DNA of 56,682 nucleotides from positions 1 through 56,682 of the forward strand of contig CAJBCV010000037.1 of NCBI GenBank assembly GCA_903951635.1. The letters are read 5' to 3'. The DNA comes from an uncultured Planctomycetaceae bacterium. Its GTDB lineage: Bacteria > Planctomycetota > Planctomycetia > Pirellulales > UBA1268. The notes beneath the pieces are model-generated. The model was not told where the DNA came from. It made no database searches and worked only from the letters and a program-made list of their open reading frames with translations. The translations under genes and the position numbers were made by a program. This document shows, piece after piece, positions 41,239 through 50,401 of this stretch (the first letter of the stretch is position 1; every line of letters starts with the position of its first letter).

Positions 41239-41271
41239 TCAGGCGGTGGTCAGGCGGTGGTCAGGCGTTGG
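41239..41271. repeat. three tandem copies of an 11-nt unit (tcaggcggtgg x2, tcaggcgttgg)
   Basis: Read directly from the sequence. The third copy contains the stop codon (tca 41261-41263 on the + strand) of the minus-strand gene 41261-42298. Copies one and two lie in the 44-nt spacer before the ThiO-like start. Confidence 0.9.
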
Positions 41272-42298
41272 TAGCGACGGTCGGCGTGTCGGCGATGTTC
41301 ACCCAGACATGCACATGGGGCGCGCCGCGGTAATACCACACGAACGACGGCCCTTCGAGCCGCCAGTTGTCCCACACGCCGTCGTTGCCGACGTCGGCAT
41401 CGCGGAAGAATGCCAACCGGCAGCGATCGAGGCCCCCCTGGGCAGCCAGGCAGGTGCGGGCCTCGTTCCGATCGGTGTCGCGGAACGGTTCGAGGAGCAG
41501 GCCGAGGACGCGCTCGAGTTCGCCGCGCTGATCGGCCGACATTTCCGAGACCGCAAGCCCGTCGATGCGGGCGTCTCCCTGGAATCCGACGGCGTTCTCC
41601 GCCGGAGACTTGGCCACCAGCGCCGCCTCGCGCTGCTTGCCGTCGAGCATCGCGGCGAGCTTGTTGGCGGCGACGGCTTGCGACCAGAAGACGTTCCCCT
41701 CGTGGTCGGCCGGCTCGTTGAAGGCTCCGGTGTCGTGGCCGTAGAAGATCGGGCCAGCGAAGGCGACATGCTCCTCCGAGTCGCCGTCACAGCGGAGCGT
41801 CATGTGGCGACCGGTGAGGAGAAACTGGAACTTTCCCGATCCCGGCTCCCCGAGCATGGCGATCGACTGGGCGTGGCCGAAGCCGCCGCAGTCGTCCTCC
41901 ATCTGCTTGTCGAAGCGGGCGTGCCACTGCGGGTGGATGAGTTGCTCGAAGATACCCCGGGCGAGGGCCTTCTGGTCCTTCGTGTAGAAGTCGCTTTTCA
42001 GCTCGGGTTCGGTGGCGTTCCAGTTGTTCCCGACGCGCGACCGCAGGAGGCCGAACTTCGGGTGGACGTAATCCCAGGCGAAGCAGACCTTGTCCCGTTG
42101 GCTCGGCGAGAGCGAGGCGTGGAGCGCCTGCGCGAGCGTCTCGGCGGTGCTTGCGGCCGACGGCTCGGCGGCCCGGAGAAGCGTCGGGCCAGCGAGGAGG
42201 CCGGCACCACCGAGAAGCGATGGCGCTGCGGCAAGCGCGCTCGAGGTGGCGAGAAATCCTCGGCGGCTGATCGAGCGGCGGTGGGCAGGGCGTGTCAT
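41261..42298 (-). CDS. Tat-signal secreted hypothetical protein (possibly DUF3500-like)
   Basis: The ATG at 42298 gives MTRPAHRRSISRRGFLATSSALAAAP, a twin-arginine motif (SRRGFL). The C-terminal WRLEGPSFVWYYRGAPHVHVWVNI resembles the DUF3500 pattern as I remember it. The family call is tentative. Confidence 0.6.
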   Translation of the reverse strand: MTRPAHRRSISRRGFLATSSALAAAPSLLGGAGLLAGPTLLRAAEPSAASTAETLAQALHASLSPSQRDKVCFAWDYVHPKFGLLRSRVGNNWNATEPELKSDFYTKDQKALARGIFEQLIHPQWHARFDKQMEDDCGGFGHAQSIAMLGEPGSGKFQFLLTGRHMTLRCDGDSEEHVAFAGPIFYGHDTGAFNEPADHEGNVFWSQAVAANKLAAMLDGKQREAALVAKSPAENAVGFQGDARIDGLAVSEMSADQRGELERVLGLLLEPFRDTDRNEARTCLAAQGGLDRCRLAFFRDADVGNDGVWDNWRLEGPSFVWYYRGAPHVHVWVNIADTPTVATNA

Positions 42299-42368
42299 CG
42301 GGTGGGCTCCTTCGTGTTCGCGAACTCTCTCGGGCGGGCTCGTGAGCCGCGGCCGTCTCCTGAAAAGC

Positions 42369-43313
42369 CTACGCTTTGGCGTCGCGCCGCACCAACTTTG
42401 GCCGTGGTGCGACGCGCGCCCCGCCGGCGCGGCCCTTCCGCTTCCCGCCCCGGGGGCGTGGCTGGCAGACCGGGCAGAAAAACGTCGAGCGCTGGGCCTG
42501 AACGATGCGCTCGATCGCCCCCCCGCAGGTCTGGCAAGGGGTGCCGGCGAGCCCGTAGACGCGGTGGAGCTTCTGGAATCCCCCTTTGCGATTGTCGGCG
42601 GTGCGGTAGAGCTCGTCGCCGATGCTCGAGCCCTCGTGGGCCACGGCGCTTGCGAGGATTTCCCGTGCGGCCCGCGCCACGGTCTCCCACGCCTCGGCAG
42701 CGAGCGCTCGGCAGGGGGTGCGCGGGTCGATCGCGGCGCGATGGAGGATCTCGGCGGCATAAATGTTGCCGATCCCCGCCACCCCCTTTTGATCGAGGAG
42801 CGCCACCTTCACCCCCCGCCGCGATTCCCCCAGCCGGACGGCGAGTTCGCTGCCGGTGACGACGAGCCCGTCGGGGCCGAGCTTGGCAGCGCCGCAGGCC
42901 CGATCGAGCCCGGCGGCATCCAGGAGCCGGATCGTCCCCAGCCCACGCTGATCCCAGAAGAGGAGCTTTTGGAGCGGGAAGTGACGGGGGCCGGGGGGGA
43001 CGACGTCGAGTTCCATCCGCACATGCTGCGGCGTCGGTGGAGCGGCCACGAGGAGGAGCCCGGTCATTCTCGGCTCGATGACAAGCCAGTGCGGGGCCTT
43101 GCCTTCGCTGCCGACCTCGATCGCCACCCGTTTGCCGTAGCGGGAGACCGACACGATGTGCTGCCGCTCGAGCCGCTCCGCCATTTCAGCGGGGGCCGGG
43201 GCCATGGCGAGCGGGCGACAGGAGCCCCGGGGAAACCGGGCGGCGACGATTCGTGCTCCGCAGAGCCCTGCGATGCCGCGCCGCATCGTCTCGACTTCGG
43301 GGAGTTCGGGCAC
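42369..43313 (-). CDS. mutM: formamidopyrimidine-DNA glycosylase
   Basis: The GTG at 43313 gives (M)PELPEVETMRRGI, the invariant Fpg N-terminus. The H2TH region and the C-terminal zinc finger CQTCGGAIERIVQAQRSTFFCPVCQ are present, followed by a basic tail. Confidence 0.9.
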   Translation of the reverse strand: MPELPEVETMRRGIAGLCGARIVAARFPRGSCRPLAMAPAPAEMAERLERQHIVSVSRYGKRVAIEVGSEGKAPHWLVIEPRMTGLLLVAAPPTPQHVRMELDVVPPGPRHFPLQKLLFWDQRGLGTIRLLDAAGLDRACGAAKLGPDGLVVTGSELAVRLGESRRGVKVALLDQKGVAGIGNIYAAEILHRAAIDPRTPCRALAAEAWETVARAAREILASAVAHEGSSIGDELYRTADNRKGGFQKLHRVYGLAGTPCQTCGGAIERIVQAQRSTFFCPVCQPRPRGGKRKGRAGGARVAPRPKLVRRDAKA

Positions 43314-43466
43314 CGGAAAGCTCCTCGTGGCGGGGCTGCCGCCGCGCAGGAGCGGCGGTGGATGGTAGCACCTGTCGGTGCGGCTACAATTGGCCGCTGA
43401 CGTCGTCACGCCCCCCGGGCGACGCCGAATCGTCTTGCTGCCCCGTGCCAACCGGAGCCTCCGCCG

Positions 43467-44714
43467 ATGCCCTCCCCGCTCTCCCCTCCTCTTCCGCCCG
43501 GTGGCATCTCGCAGGTTCCCGACATCCACGGCCGGTTCGGCCGGTTCGGTGGCCGCTACGTGCCCGAGACGCTCTCGGCCGCTCTCGATCAGCTCCAGGC
43601 CGCCTACGACGAGGCCCGGTCCGATCCGAGCTTTCAGGCCGAGCTCGATCAGCTCCTCGCCGCCTTCGTCGGACGCCCCACCCCCCTGCTCTTCGCCAAA
43701 CGGCTCACCGAGTACGCCGGCGGGGCCCAGATCTGGTTCAAGCGCGAGGACTTGAGCCACACCGGCGCTCACAAGATCAACAACACGCTCGGCCAAGGCT
43801 TGCTCGCGATGCGAATGGGGAAGAAGCGGATCATCGCCGAGACCGGCGCCGGCCAGCATGGCGTGGCCACCGCCACGGCCTGCGCCCGGTTCGGCCTCGA
43901 CTGCGTCGTCTACATGGGCTCCGAGGACGTCCGCCGGCAGGAGCCGAATGTCCGCAGCATGCGGATGATGGGGGCGGAGGTCCGGCCGGTGGAGAGCGGC
44001 TCACGGACGCTCCGCGACGCGATCAACGAGGCGATGCGCGACTGGATGGGCTCGGTGGAAACGACCCACTACATCATCGGCTCGGTCGTCGGCCCCCACC
44101 CCTTCCCGAGGATCGTCCGCGATTTCCAGTCGGTGATCGGCAAAGAGACACTCGTCTTCTGTAAGAAGGAACTCGGCCGCGATCCCGACTGCGTCGTCGC
44201 CTGCGTCGGCGGTGGCAGCAACGCCGCCGGCATGTTTTATCCCCTCGTCGAGCACAAGGGGATTCGACTCGTCGGCGTTGAGGCCGGTGGCAGGTCAGCC
44301 AAGCCTGGCGATCACGCGGCGAGCCTCTCCTACGGCAACGCCGGCATTCTCCACGGGAGCCTCTCCTACGTGCTCCAGGATCCCGACGGCCAGACGGCCG
44401 ACGTTCATTCGGTGTCGGCGGGGCTCGACTATCCCGGCGTCGGCCCGGAGCACGCCTGGTGGCACGACACGAAGCGCGTGGAATACACGAGCGTCACCGA
44501 TGCCGAGGCCCTCGACGCCTTCGATCTCGTCGCCCGGCGCGAGGGGATCCTTCCCGCGCTCGAGACGTCGCATGCCCTCGCCTGGACGGTGAAGGAGGCG
44601 GCCCGCCGGCCGAAGGAGGAAGTCATCGTCGTCTGCATGTCTGGCCGCGGTGACAAGGACGCGGCCGAGATCGCCCGCCTGAGATCACTCGAGAACGGGG
44701 GGGCCCACGCATGA
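43467..44714 (+). CDS. trpB: tryptophan synthase beta chain
   Basis: [31 protein letters not shown] (PLP lysine) and [18 protein letters not shown] are canonical TrpB motifs. Confidence 0.96.
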   Translation: MPSPLSPPLPPGGISQVPDIHGRFGRFGGRYVPETLSAALDQLQAAYDEARSDPSFQAELDQLLAAFVGRPTPLLFAKRLTEYAGGAQIWFKREDLSHTGAHKINNTLGQGLLAMRMGKKRIIAETGAGQHGVATATACARFGLDCVVYMGSEDVRRQEPNVRSMRMMGAEVRPVESGSRTLRDAINEAMRDWMGSVETTHYIIGSVVGPHPFPRIVRDFQSVIGKETLVFCKKELGRDPDCVVACVGGGSNAAGMFYPLVEHKGIRLVGVEAGGRSAKPGDHAASLSYGNAGILHGSLSYVLQDPDGQTADVHSVSAGLDYPGVGPEHAWWHDTKRVEYTSVTDAEALDAFDLVARREGILPALETSHALAWTVKEAARRPKEEVIVVCMSGRGDKDAAEIARLRSLENGGAHA

Positions 44715-45544
44715 CCAGCCACCACGATCCGATGAGCCAGGCCGCCAAGCCCCTGGCCGCGACGTTTGCCGCGCTTGCCAAGGACGGCCGCAAGGCGCTC
44801 GCCCCGTTCGTGACCGCCGGCGACCCCGATCTCGACACGACGCTTGCGGTCCTCGAAGCGCTCGACCGGGCCGGGGCGGCCGTCTGCGAACTCGGGGTTC
44901 CCTACAGCGATCCGATCGCCGACGGGCCTGTGATCCAGGCGTCCTACACGCGGGCCCTCGCCGCCGGATTCACGCTCGAGAAGTTTTTCGAGATGGTGAG
45001 GAAGGCGACAGGCCGGGTGAAGATGCCGATCCTGGCGATGGTGAGCTACTCGATCATCTACCGGCGTGGGATCGATCGATTCGTCGACGACGCGGCGGCG
45101 GCAGGGCTTGCGGGGCTTGTCGTTCCCGATCTTCCCCTCGAGGAGTCGGACGTTCTCGATGCCACCTGCAAGGGGGCGAGCCTGGCGCTGGTGCGCCTCG
45201 TGACGCCGACGACGCCGCCGGAGCGGGCCGCCGAGATCGCCCGCCGTTCGACCGGCTTCCTCTATTGCGTGAGCGTTGCCGGCGTGACGGGGGCCCGCAC
45301 CGACCTCCCCGAGGGGCTCGTCGAGCGGGTGACGTGGCTACGGACGAAGACCGACGTGCCGGTGCTCGTCGGCTTCGGCGTCAGCACGCCGGAGCAGGTC
45401 AAGCTCCTCTCGGGCGTGGCCGACGGTGCGATCGTCGGCTCGGCGCTCGTTCGCCGCGTCGGCGAACTCGCGGCGGAGGGCCCGGAGGGAGTCGCCAAGG
45501 GAGTGGAGAACTGGCTGGCCGACCTCGTCAAGGCTGCCACGTAG
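44711..45544 (+). CDS. trpA: tryptophan synthase alpha chain
   Basis: ATGA overlap with trp[18 protein letters not shown] and [13 protein letters not shown] are canonical TrpA motifs. Confidence 0.94.
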   Translation: MTSHHDPMSQAAKPLAATFAALAKDGRKALAPFVTAGDPDLDTTLAVLEALDRAGAAVCELGVPYSDPIADGPVIQASYTRALAAGFTLEKFFEMVRKATGRVKMPILAMVSYSIIYRRGIDRFVDDAAAAGLAGLVVPDLPLEESDVLDATCKGASLALVRLVTPTTPPERAAEIARRSTGFLYCVSVAGVTGARTDLPEGLVERVTWLRTKTDVPVLVGFGVSTPEQVKLLSGVADGAIVGSALVRRVGELAAEGPEGVAKGVENWLADLVKAAT

Positions 45545-45549
45545 CGTCG

Positions 45550-46704
45550 ATGACCAGCCGAATCCCTTTCAACCGTCCGTTCGTCGCCGGCAAGGAGTTG
45601 TTCTACATCGCCCAGGCGATCACGTTGAACAACCTCGGTGGGGATGGCCATTTCACGAGCCAGTGCTCCCGCCTGCTCGAGCAGCGGTACGGGATTCCGA
45701 GGGTGTTGATGGTGCCGTCGTGCACCGCGGCCCTGGAAATGGCGGCGATGCTCTTCGAACTCGAGCCCGGGGACGAAGTCCTCCTCCCCTCGTTCACCTT
45801 CGTGTCGACCGCCGGTTGCCTCGTCAGGCACGGCGTCCGGCCCGTCTTCGTCGACATCCGCCCCGACACGCTCAATCTCGACGAAGACCTGATCGAGGAG
45901 GCGATCACCAGCCGTTCTCGCGCCATCTTTCCCGTCCACTACGCCGGCTTGGGCTGCAACATGCCCCGGATCATGGAGATCGCCGAGCGCCACGGCCTTC
46001 GGGTCGCCGAGGATGCGGCCCAGGCCGTGAACTCCTATCAGGATGGCCGGGCCCTGGGATCGATCGGCCATCTCGGCTGCTACAGCTTCCACGAGACGAA
46101 GAACATCATCTGTGGCGAGGGGGGGGCGCTTTGCGTCAACGATCCGTCGCTCATCGAACGGGCTGAGATCATCCGTGACAAGGGGACCAACAGGAAGCAG
46201 TTCTTCCGCGGGCAGGTGGACAAGTACACCTGGGTGGACCATGGCTCGAGCTACGTCCCGAGCGAGCTGACGATGGCGTTCCTCTACGCCCAGCTCGAGA
46301 TGGCCGACGCGATCAATGCCCGCCGCCGGCAGATCTACGACTTCTACCGGAAGGCCCTCGAGCCCCTTGCCGAGGAGGGGCTGGTGCGTCTCCCGGCCCC
46401 CTGTGGCCCGGAGGCATCGAACTTCCATCTCTTCTATCTCCTCCTCGAGAGTCAAGCCACCCGAACGGCCCTCATGGAGCATCTCAACAAGGAGGGGATC
46501 CAGGCGGTCTTTCATTACGTGCCATTGCACAGCGCGCCGATGGGCCGCCTCCATGGAACCACGGTCCGCGATCTTCCCGTCACCGACGACATCAGCGGGA
46601 GACTGCTGAGGCTCCCGCTCTTTTACGACATCACGGAGGCCGACCAGGAGCGGGTCGTCGAGCAGATCGGGGTGTTCTTCCGGGGCGTCCATCGGCGCTT
46701 CTGA
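45550..46704 (+). CDS. wecE: dTDP-4-amino-4,6-dideoxygalactose (TDP-4-oxo-6-deoxy-D-glucose) transaminase, WecE/RffA type (DegT/DnrJ/EryC1 family)
   Basis: The protein is near-collinear with E. coli WecE as I recall it. Matching blocks are IPFNRP...GDGHFTSQC..LLEQRYG...SCTAALEMAA..L.PGDEV..PS(F/Y)TFVSTA, HYAG, FHETKN (PLP Lys), IIRDKGTNR.QFFRGQVDKYTW.D.GSSY, and RLLRLPLFY. The ATG at 45550 lies 5 nt after the trpA stop. Confidence 0.88.
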   Translation: MTSRIPFNRPFVAGKELFYIAQAITLNNLGGDGHFTSQCSRLLEQRYGIPRVLMVPSCTAALEMAAMLFELEPGDEVLLPSFTFVSTAGCLVRHGVRPVFVDIRPDTLNLDEDLIEEAITSRSRAIFPVHYAGLGCNMPRIMEIAERHGLRVAEDAAQAVNSYQDGRALGSIGHLGCYSFHETKNIICGEGGALCVNDPSLIERAEIIRDKGTNRKQFFRGQVDKYTWVDHGSSYVPSELTMAFLYAQLEMADAINARRRQIYDFYRKALEPLAEEGLVRLPAPCGPEASNFHLFYLLLESQATRTALMEHLNKEGIQAVFHYVPLHSAPMGRLHGTTVRDLPVTDDISGRLLRLPLFYDITEADQERVVEQIGVFFRGVHRRF

Positions 46705-46725
46705 CGTTTCCCGCGGGATTACAGG

Positions 46726-47649
46726 TTGGCGGGCATCGAGGGTTTCGGCGCGAGGATGTTTTTCGAGGGGAGTGTCATGCTGCGGGATGGTTATCGCCTC
46801 GACGAAACGAGCGGTATCCGCGTTCCACCCAATCCGGTGTGCCATCGCGAGCAGGACTACGATTCTCGGGGACACGATCGATTGGCTGCGATGCAGCGTG
46901 ACCATTTCTGGTATCGGGGCCGGCACCGGTTTCTCCTTCACGCCGTGCGGAAGTGGGCCATGCCCCCGTTTCCGCACGACTCGTCTCCGCGGGTGATCGA
47001 CCTCGGTGGAGGCTGTGGAGGCTGGGTCCGATATCTGGCGGAAGCCTCGCCATGGCTCGCCCCTGAGTTGGCCCTCGGGGATTCATCGGCGCATGCGCTG
47101 GGAATGGCGGCGGAGTCCTTGCCGCCCTCCACGTTGCGATTTCAGACAGACGTACTCGATCTTCAGTGGACAGACCGTTGGGACTGCGCGTTCCTGCTGG
47201 ACGTGCTCGAGCACATTCCCGATCACGAGGGGGCGCTGCATCAAATCCGGCGGGCTGTCGCTCCCGGCGGGCTGCTGTTTGTCACCGTTCCCGCACTGAA
47301 GGCGTTTTGGTCGTACGTCGATGAGGTCGGGCACCACCAGCGGAGGTATCACGTTGATGACTTCGCGGCGCTTGCCAACTCGACCGGGTGGGAACTCCTC
47401 GACTGCCGGTACTTCATGTTTTTCCTCAGCCCCCTGCTCTGGTTGCGTCGCTCGATGCAGGCCCGGGCCGTCGGGAAGCTGACAAGCGACCAGCGAATGG
47501 AGGCGGCCCAGAAGGGGGACGAAGTGCCTTTCTGGCTCATCAATCAAGGGCTCTCGGCAGTCTTCGGCTGCGAAACGCCACTCGGCCATCTCGTCAGATT
47601 CCCGTGGGGAACCTCGATTCTGGCTGTGATGAGGAAGACGGGCGACTGA
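46726..47649 (+). CDS. class I SAM-dependent methyltransferase
   Basis: VIDLGGGCGGW (motif I), FLLDVLEHIPD and PGGLLFVTVP are present. The HFWYRGRHRF N-terminal block is common in LPS-cluster methyltransferases. The start is uncertain: ORF-track start 46726, or ATG at 46756 or 46777. Confidence 0.8.
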   Translation: MAGIEGFGARMFFEGSVMLRDGYRLDETSGIRVPPNPVCHREQDYDSRGHDRLAAMQRDHFWYRGRHRFLLHAVRKWAMPPFPHDSSPRVIDLGGGCGGWVRYLAEASPWLAPELALGDSSAHALGMAAESLPPSTLRFQTDVLDLQWTDRWDCAFLLDVLEHIPDHEGALHQIRRAVAPGGLLFVTVPALKAFWSYVDEVGHHQRRYHVDDFAALANSTGWELLDCRYFMFFLSPLLWLRRSMQARAVGKLTSDQRMEAAQKGDEVPFWLINQGLSAVFGCETPLGHLVRFPWGTSILAVMRKTGD

Positions 47650-47667
47650 CCCGCGGGTTCACGCGGG
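47650..47667. terminator. GC hairpin shared by two convergent genes
   Basis: cccgcg-ggttca-cgcggg forms a 6-bp stem with a 6-nt loop. It lies between the stop of 46726-47649 (+) and the stop of 47659-48660 (-), and overlaps the latter. No T tract is present. Confidence 0.3.
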
Positions 47668-48660
47668 CTCTCGGGTGGGCTGTTGGGTGGGCTGTTGGGT
47701 GGGCTGTTGGGTGGGCTGTTGGGAGGGAAGCGGATCAACACCGCCAATTCGTTCGGCCACCACATACAGCGGCCGTCCTTTCACCTGCTCGAAGATCTGG
47801 CCGACATAGAGGCCCACGATCCCCTGGATGAGGATGATCGCACCGCCCAGCAGGGAGGAGATCACCACCGTGCTTGCCCACCCGGGGGGAGGACTGCCTC
47901 GGAGGGCCGTCCAAGCAGCCCAGCAGCCCACGGCGAGGCCCAGGATCGAAAGCAGGGCCCCCGCGAGAACGATGCCCTCGAGCCAGCGCGTGTTTTGGAA
48001 GAGCAGGCCCTGAATCGCATGCCGGAGGAGCTGCGAGAAGGAATAGCTGCTCTTCCCCGCGGCCCGGGGCTGATGAACGTAGTCGATCGTCACGGGATCA
48101 AACCCGAGCCACTGGACAATATGAAGGTAGTGCCGATTGACATCCTTGAACGCGTTGAACCGGTCGATGACGGGACGCCCGATCAGGCTCAGGGAGCCCA
48201 GGTCGGACCATTGGAACGGTCCGCCGAACAGGCGGATGATCCGGTTGTAAGCCCACGATGTCGCCCGCTTGAGCGGTGAGTGCTTCCGGGCCAGTCGCCG
48301 CGCGAAGACGACCTGGTGCCCCTCCTGAAACTGCTCCCAGAGCCGAGGGATCACCTCGGGTGGCTCTTGGAGATCGCAGTCGAGGACCACGGCCGCCCGG
48401 CCCCGACACTCACTCAAGCCCGCGGAAATCGCCTGATGCTGACCGAAATTGCGACTGAGGCGAATGGCTCGCACGTGGGCCGGATCCCGCCGAGCCAGCG
48501 CCGCCATCACGAGCCACGAATCATCGGGACCACGATCGTCCACGAGCACGATCTCATAGTTCAGTCCGAGGGCTTGGGCGGTCTGGGAGATGCGGTGGTG
48601 GAGCGATTCCAGGCAGCGTTCGCACCCATAGACGGGACTGATGATGCTGAGGTCGATCAT
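47659..48660 (-). CDS. family 2 glycosyltransferase of the polyprenyl-phosphate sugar synthase type (GtrB/ArnC/DPM1-like)
   Basis: IISPVYGCE...YEIVLVDDRGPDDS and VLDCDLQEPPE (DXD-type) are present. Two C-terminal TM helices are predicted (LEGIVLAGALLSILGLAVGCWAAW; VVISSLLGGAIILIQGIVGLYVGQIF). This architecture is typical of GtrB/ArnC. Confidence 0.85.
   Translation of the reverse strand: MIDLSIISPVYGCERCLESLHHRISQTAQALGLNYEIVLVDDRGPDDSWLVMAALARRDPAHVRAIRLSRNFGQHQAISAGLSECRGRAAVVLDCDLQEPPEVIPRLWEQFQEGHQVVFARRLARKHSPLKRATSWAYNRIIRLFGGPFQWSDLGSLSLIGRPVIDRFNAFKDVNRHYLHIVQWLGFDPVTIDYVHQPRAAGKSSYSFSQLLRHAIQGLLFQNTRWLEGIVLAGALLSILGLAVGCWAAWTALRGSPPPGWASTVVISSLLGGAIILIQGIVGLYVGQIFEQVKGRPLYVVAERIGGVDPLPSQQPTQQPTQQPTQQPTREPA
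47673..47723. repeat. 4.25 tandem copies of a 12-nt unit (gggtgggctgtt)
   Basis: Read directly from the sequence. On the minus strand it encodes the (QQPT)4 tail of the GT2 protein (…LPSQQPTQQPTQQPTQQPTREPA). Confidence 0.95.
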
Positions 48661-48732
48661 GGGCCTGTCGATCGAAGAAAAGATCCACCGGACTGGTCAG
48701 ACGCCGTGGCGTGAAGGGGATCTTCCACCGTT

Positions 48733-49653
48733 TCACTCCTGCTCGAGCACGGCGAGGCCGAAGCCGGTGGCGCCGTAGCGCGGGCCATTGTAGAGCATGT
48801 ACCGCGCTCCCCCGAGATCGAACACCGCGGGATAGGCGAGTGAGCCTGCATCCCAGCCGTCGCCCGAGGGCACGATGCCGACGCGTCCGTCCGCCCGCGT
48901 CCAGTGGAGCCCGTCCGGGCTCTCGGCGTAGCCGATCTGATACACCTCACCGCGGTGGCAGTACCACATCCGGTAGAGGTCGGCGTCACGGATCACGCAG
49001 GGGCGCGTGAACGCACAGTCGCCGTGCAACTCGCCGCCGAGGCAGAGCGTTTCATGGTGGCGCCGCCAGTGAACGCCGTCGTTGGAGTCGGCGAGCTTGA
49101 ACGCATGCGGAATGTCCCGCAGATCGTCCGGCGTCGGTGTGAGGTTTGTGCCGTACCACATCGTCCATGAGCCGGCCTCACCGATGACCCACGGATAGGA
49201 GAGGTTGTACGGGTCGTGGAGATCCCGATCGAGGATCGGTCCGGGGGCGATCCTCTCGAAGACCGGTGCGTCACCGGCGCCGGCGCGCATCTCCGCCAGG
49301 CCGATCGCGTTTCGCCATGGCGTGTCGCTGCCGAGATTCCACCCGACGTAATAGAGCCGTGGCCGGCCCAAACCGGTGACGAGGCAGCCGATCGAGACGC
49401 CGCGGTCGTCAAAGGCACCGCGGGGACCGGGGCTGAGGGCCGGCTCGCGGGAGAGTTCGAGGATCTCCTGTGGGTGGCCGAGGTCGATCAGGAGCCAGCC
49501 GACGTGGGCCCGGTTGGCGTCATCGCGGCAGTTGAAGTAGATCCGAACGAGCGACCCTCCGAGCGACTCCGCGATCGGGTTGGCCGCATGGGTGCGCATC
49601 CACGGGTATTCCCCCGAGGCGCAGAAGATCCGGCCGAGTTTTCGCCACGTCAT
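48733..49653 (-). CDS. cytoplasmic beta-propeller protein of the GH43/32/68/130-like fold (function unknown)
   Basis: No signal peptide is present (MTWRKLGRIFCASGEYPW). Blade-like S-x-DG-x-x-W motifs recur (SNDGVHW, SPDGLHW), as do W/Y-rich strands (RLYYVGW, WTMWYG, YRMWYC, YMLYNG). Confidence 0.7.
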   Translation of the reverse strand: MTWRKLGRIFCASGEYPWMRTHAANPIAESLGGSLVRIYFNCRDDANRAHVGWLLIDLGHPQEILELSREPALSPGPRGAFDDRGVSIGCLVTGLGRPRLYYVGWNLGSDTPWRNAIGLAEMRAGAGDAPVFERIAPGPILDRDLHDPYNLSYPWVIGEAGSWTMWYGTNLTPTPDDLRDIPHAFKLADSNDGVHWRRHHETLCLGGELHGDCAFTRPCVIRDADLYRMWYCHRGEVYQIGYAESPDGLHWTRADGRVGIVPSGDGWDAGSLAYPAVFDLGGARYMLYNGPRYGATGFGLAVLEQE

Positions 49654-49671
49654 GACCTGCTCACCGGCCTC

Positions 49672-50334
49672 TCAAAGCCCCGCTCGGCTGGCGGGCACCG
49701 GTGACGCCACCGTCCCCTTGGTCGCATGGAGCGAATCCGCCTCGGTGTTCTTCATGATGATCGCACCGGCTCCGATCAGCGTGCCGTCGGCTACCTGGAC
49801 TCCGTCGCGGATCGTGGCATTCACCCCCAGGAAGCAACGCTCCCCGACGGTGACGTTGCCTGAAATCACGACGTGCGAGGCCACGAAGACATGATCGCCG
49901 ATGGAGGAATGGTGACCGACGTGGTTGCCGCTCCACAAGGTGACGTTTTCACCGACGCGGGCGAGTGGCTGGATCGTGTTGTCCTCGAGGATGAACTGGT
50001 TGGCACGCCGTTCGAAGCCCGGCCAGACGGTCGCTTTCGAGCTGACGTAGTGGGCCAGGTCGTAGCCCTTCTGCCGCGCCTCGCGGAACTTCGAGACGCG
50101 GAGGGCGTTCATCCCCGAATAGCTAACGGCGACGAACATCGCATGGTGATCCGGGGGGAACGCCTGAGCGACCTCCTCGAAGGCGACCACCGGCAGGCCG
50201 CGGAGCGTCGCCTCCTTCACGTACTGCCCGTCGACGGTGTAGGCGACGACCCTGTGGGGGGAGTCGTGGGTGAAATAAAACTCCGCGAGTTCCGCGATCT
50301 GGCCGGTGCCGAAGAGGACGATTGGAGTGGGCAT
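49672..50334 (-). CDS. NeuD/PglD-family sugar N-/O-acetyltransferase (left-handed beta-helix)
   Basis: The ATG at 50334 lies inside ORF 49672-50622. The N-terminus is Rossmann-like (IVLFGTGQIAELAEFYF). Hexapeptide repeats follow (VGENVTLWSGNHVGHHSSIGDHVFVASHVVISGNVTVGERCFLGVNATIRDGVQVADGTLIGAGAII). Confidence 0.85.
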   Translation of the reverse strand: MPTPIVLFGTGQIAELAEFYFTHDSPHRVVAYTVDGQYVKEATLRGLPVVAFEEVAQAFPPDHHAMFVAVSYSGMNALRVSKFREARQKGYDLAHYVSSKATVWPGFERRANQFILEDNTIQPLARVGENVTLWSGNHVGHHSSIGDHVFVASHVVISGNVTVGERCFLGVNATIRDGVQVADGTLIGAGAIIMKNTEADSLHATKGTVASPVPASRAGL

Positions 50335-50401
50335 GATGCGGGGCCCGGTCGGGCACTCCTGCTGGATGAGAAAAGAGAGCCCGGAGATGGCGACGAAGCG
50401 G

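Noticed and set aside
43339-43358. GC hairpin (ccgccgc-gcagga-gcggcgg) in the mutM/trpB divergent region as a trp attenuator
   Set aside because: There is no leader peptide with Trp codons, no alternative antiterminator pairing and no T tract. In this GC content, 7-bp GC stems are expected by chance.
47673-47723. CRISPR-like or other repeat-spacer array (also considered for 41239-41271 and 20916-20938)
   Set aside because: The repeats are contiguous short tandem units of 4-12 nt with no spacers. No cas genes are present in the window.
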